This document shows positions 62,750 through 64,000 of a stretch of 64,000 nucleotides of DNA, one piece after another. This stretch comes from the human T2T-CHM13v2.0 reference genome, Homo sapiens. Every line of letters begins with the position of its first letter. Position 1 is the stretch's first letter. Below the pieces are notes generated by a model. The model ran no database searches, was not told the DNA's origin, and worked only from the letters and a program-made list of their open reading frames with translations. Where the stretch lies: NCBI RefSeq assembly GCF_009914755.1, contig NC_060925.1. One strand, given 5' to 3'. The position numbers and the translations under genes were made by a program.

Positions 62750-63712
62750 GTTTTGGTGTGGATGTCCTTTCTGTTTGTTAGTTTTCCTTCTAACAGTCAG
62801 GACCATCAGCTGCTGGTCTGTTGGAATTTGCTGGAGGTCCACTCCAGACCCTGTTTTCCTGGGTATCACCAGCGGAGGCTGCAGAACAGCAAATATTACA
62901 GAACGGCAGATGTTGCTGCCTATTCCTGCCTCTGGAAGCTTCGTCTCAGAGCGGCACCCGGCTGTATGAGCTATCAGTCGGCCCGTACTAGGAGGTGTCT
63001 CCCAGTTAGGCTACTAGGGGTCAGGGACCCACTTGAGGAGGCAGACTGTCTGTTCTCAGATCTCAAACTCCATACTGGGAGAACCACTACTCTCTTCAAA
63101 GCTGTCAGACAGGGACGTTTAAGTCTGCAGAAGTTTCTGCTGCATTTTGTTCAGCTATGCCCTGTCTCCAGAAGTGGAGTCTACAGAGGCAGGCAGGCCT
63201 TCTTGCGCTGTGGTGGGCTCCACCCAGTTTTAGCTTCCCTGCCCACAGCTTTGTTTACCTACTCAAGTCTCAGCAATGGCGGACACCCTCCCCCACACCA
63301 CCCCGAGCCTCACTGCTGCCCTGCAGTTGGATCTCAGGCTGCTGTGCTAGCAGTGACCGAGGCTTCATGGGCATGGGACCCTCCGAGCCAGATGCAGGAT
63401 ATAATCTCCTGGTGTGCCGTTTGCTAAGGCCATTGGAAAAGCGCAGTATTAGGGTGGGAGTGTCCTGATTTTCCAGGTGCTGTCTGTCACAGCTTTGCTT
63501 GGCTAGGGAAGGGAATTCCCTGACCCCTTGCGCTTCCCAGGTGAGGCAATGCCCCACCCTGCTCTGTGGACTGCACCAACTGTCTGATAAGCCCCAGTGA
63601 GATGAACCCTGTACCTCAGTTGGAAATGCAGAAATCACCCATCTTCTGCCTCACTCACCCTGGGAGCTGCAGACTGGAGCTGTTCCTATTTGGCCATCTT
63701 GGATCTTTTTCC
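62750..63712 (-). promoter_or_regulatory. L1PA 5'UTR internal promoter with YY1 motif (CAAGATGGCC at ~63692-63701, minus strand) and antisense promoter region; CpGs largely decayed
   Basis: tggccatcttgg at 63691-63702. Colinear with the recalled L1PA 5'UTR. Promoter activity is not demonstrated. Confidence 0.7.
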
Positions 63713-63724
63713 AACTCTGAAGTT

Positions 63725-64000
63725 CTTTCTTTTACTTGTTCAATTCTATTACTGAGACTTTCCAGTGCATTTTGCATTTCTCTAAGTGTGTTCTTAATTT
63801 CCAGAAGTTGTGATTGTTATTTATTTATGCTGTCGATTTCACTGAAGATTTATTCCTTCATATCCTGTATCATGTTTTTGATTTCTTTAAGTTGGACTTC
63901 ACCTTTCTCTGGTGCCTCCTTGATTAGCTTAATAACTGACCTCCTGAATTCTTTTTCTGGCAATTCAGAAATTTCATCTTGGCTTGGATCCATTGCTGGT
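63725..64000 (-). mobile_element. Continuation of the L1PB ORF1 (5' part), running out of the window
   Basis: The reverse complement matches 1465-1745 of the other L1PB (accagcaatggatccaa...taagctaatcaaggaggcaccagagaaaggt). Confidence 0.9.

Noticed and set aside
62753-63427. 224-aa + strand ORF
   Set aside because: It is an antisense reading of the GC-richer L1 5'UTR with no recognisable domain.

Overview
This is AT-rich, repeat-dense primate (most likely human) non-coding DNA. It contains no intact protein-coding gene, RNA gene or CRISPR array. About half of it is LINE-1. Two oppositely oriented L1PB elements bracket the window, each split by a younger L1PA: a 5'-inverted L1PA3-like copy at 3583-6462 and a full-length L1PA5/6-like copy at 57545-63712. 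The rest includes older L1MA/MC/PB4 pieces, eight Alus, ERVL/MaLR solo LTRs, a MER44 DNA transposon and MIR/L2 relics. There are two processed pseudogenes, of SCAMP1 (14843-15775) and UBE2W (42699-46788). I found no new multi-gene system. The most interesting signals are retrotransposition fossils: (1) the SCAMP1 retrocopy skips exon 2 and appears spliced to an antisense-L1 terminal exon; (2) the UBE2W retrocopy has a frameshifting exon-3 skip; (3) four separate L1s show twin-priming inversions; (4) one endonuclease nick site was used by two Alus; (5) a hairpin-templated in-frame insertion sits beside the RT catalytic motif of the L1PA5/6. Subfamily names and parental exon boundaries come from recalled sequences, not from a search.
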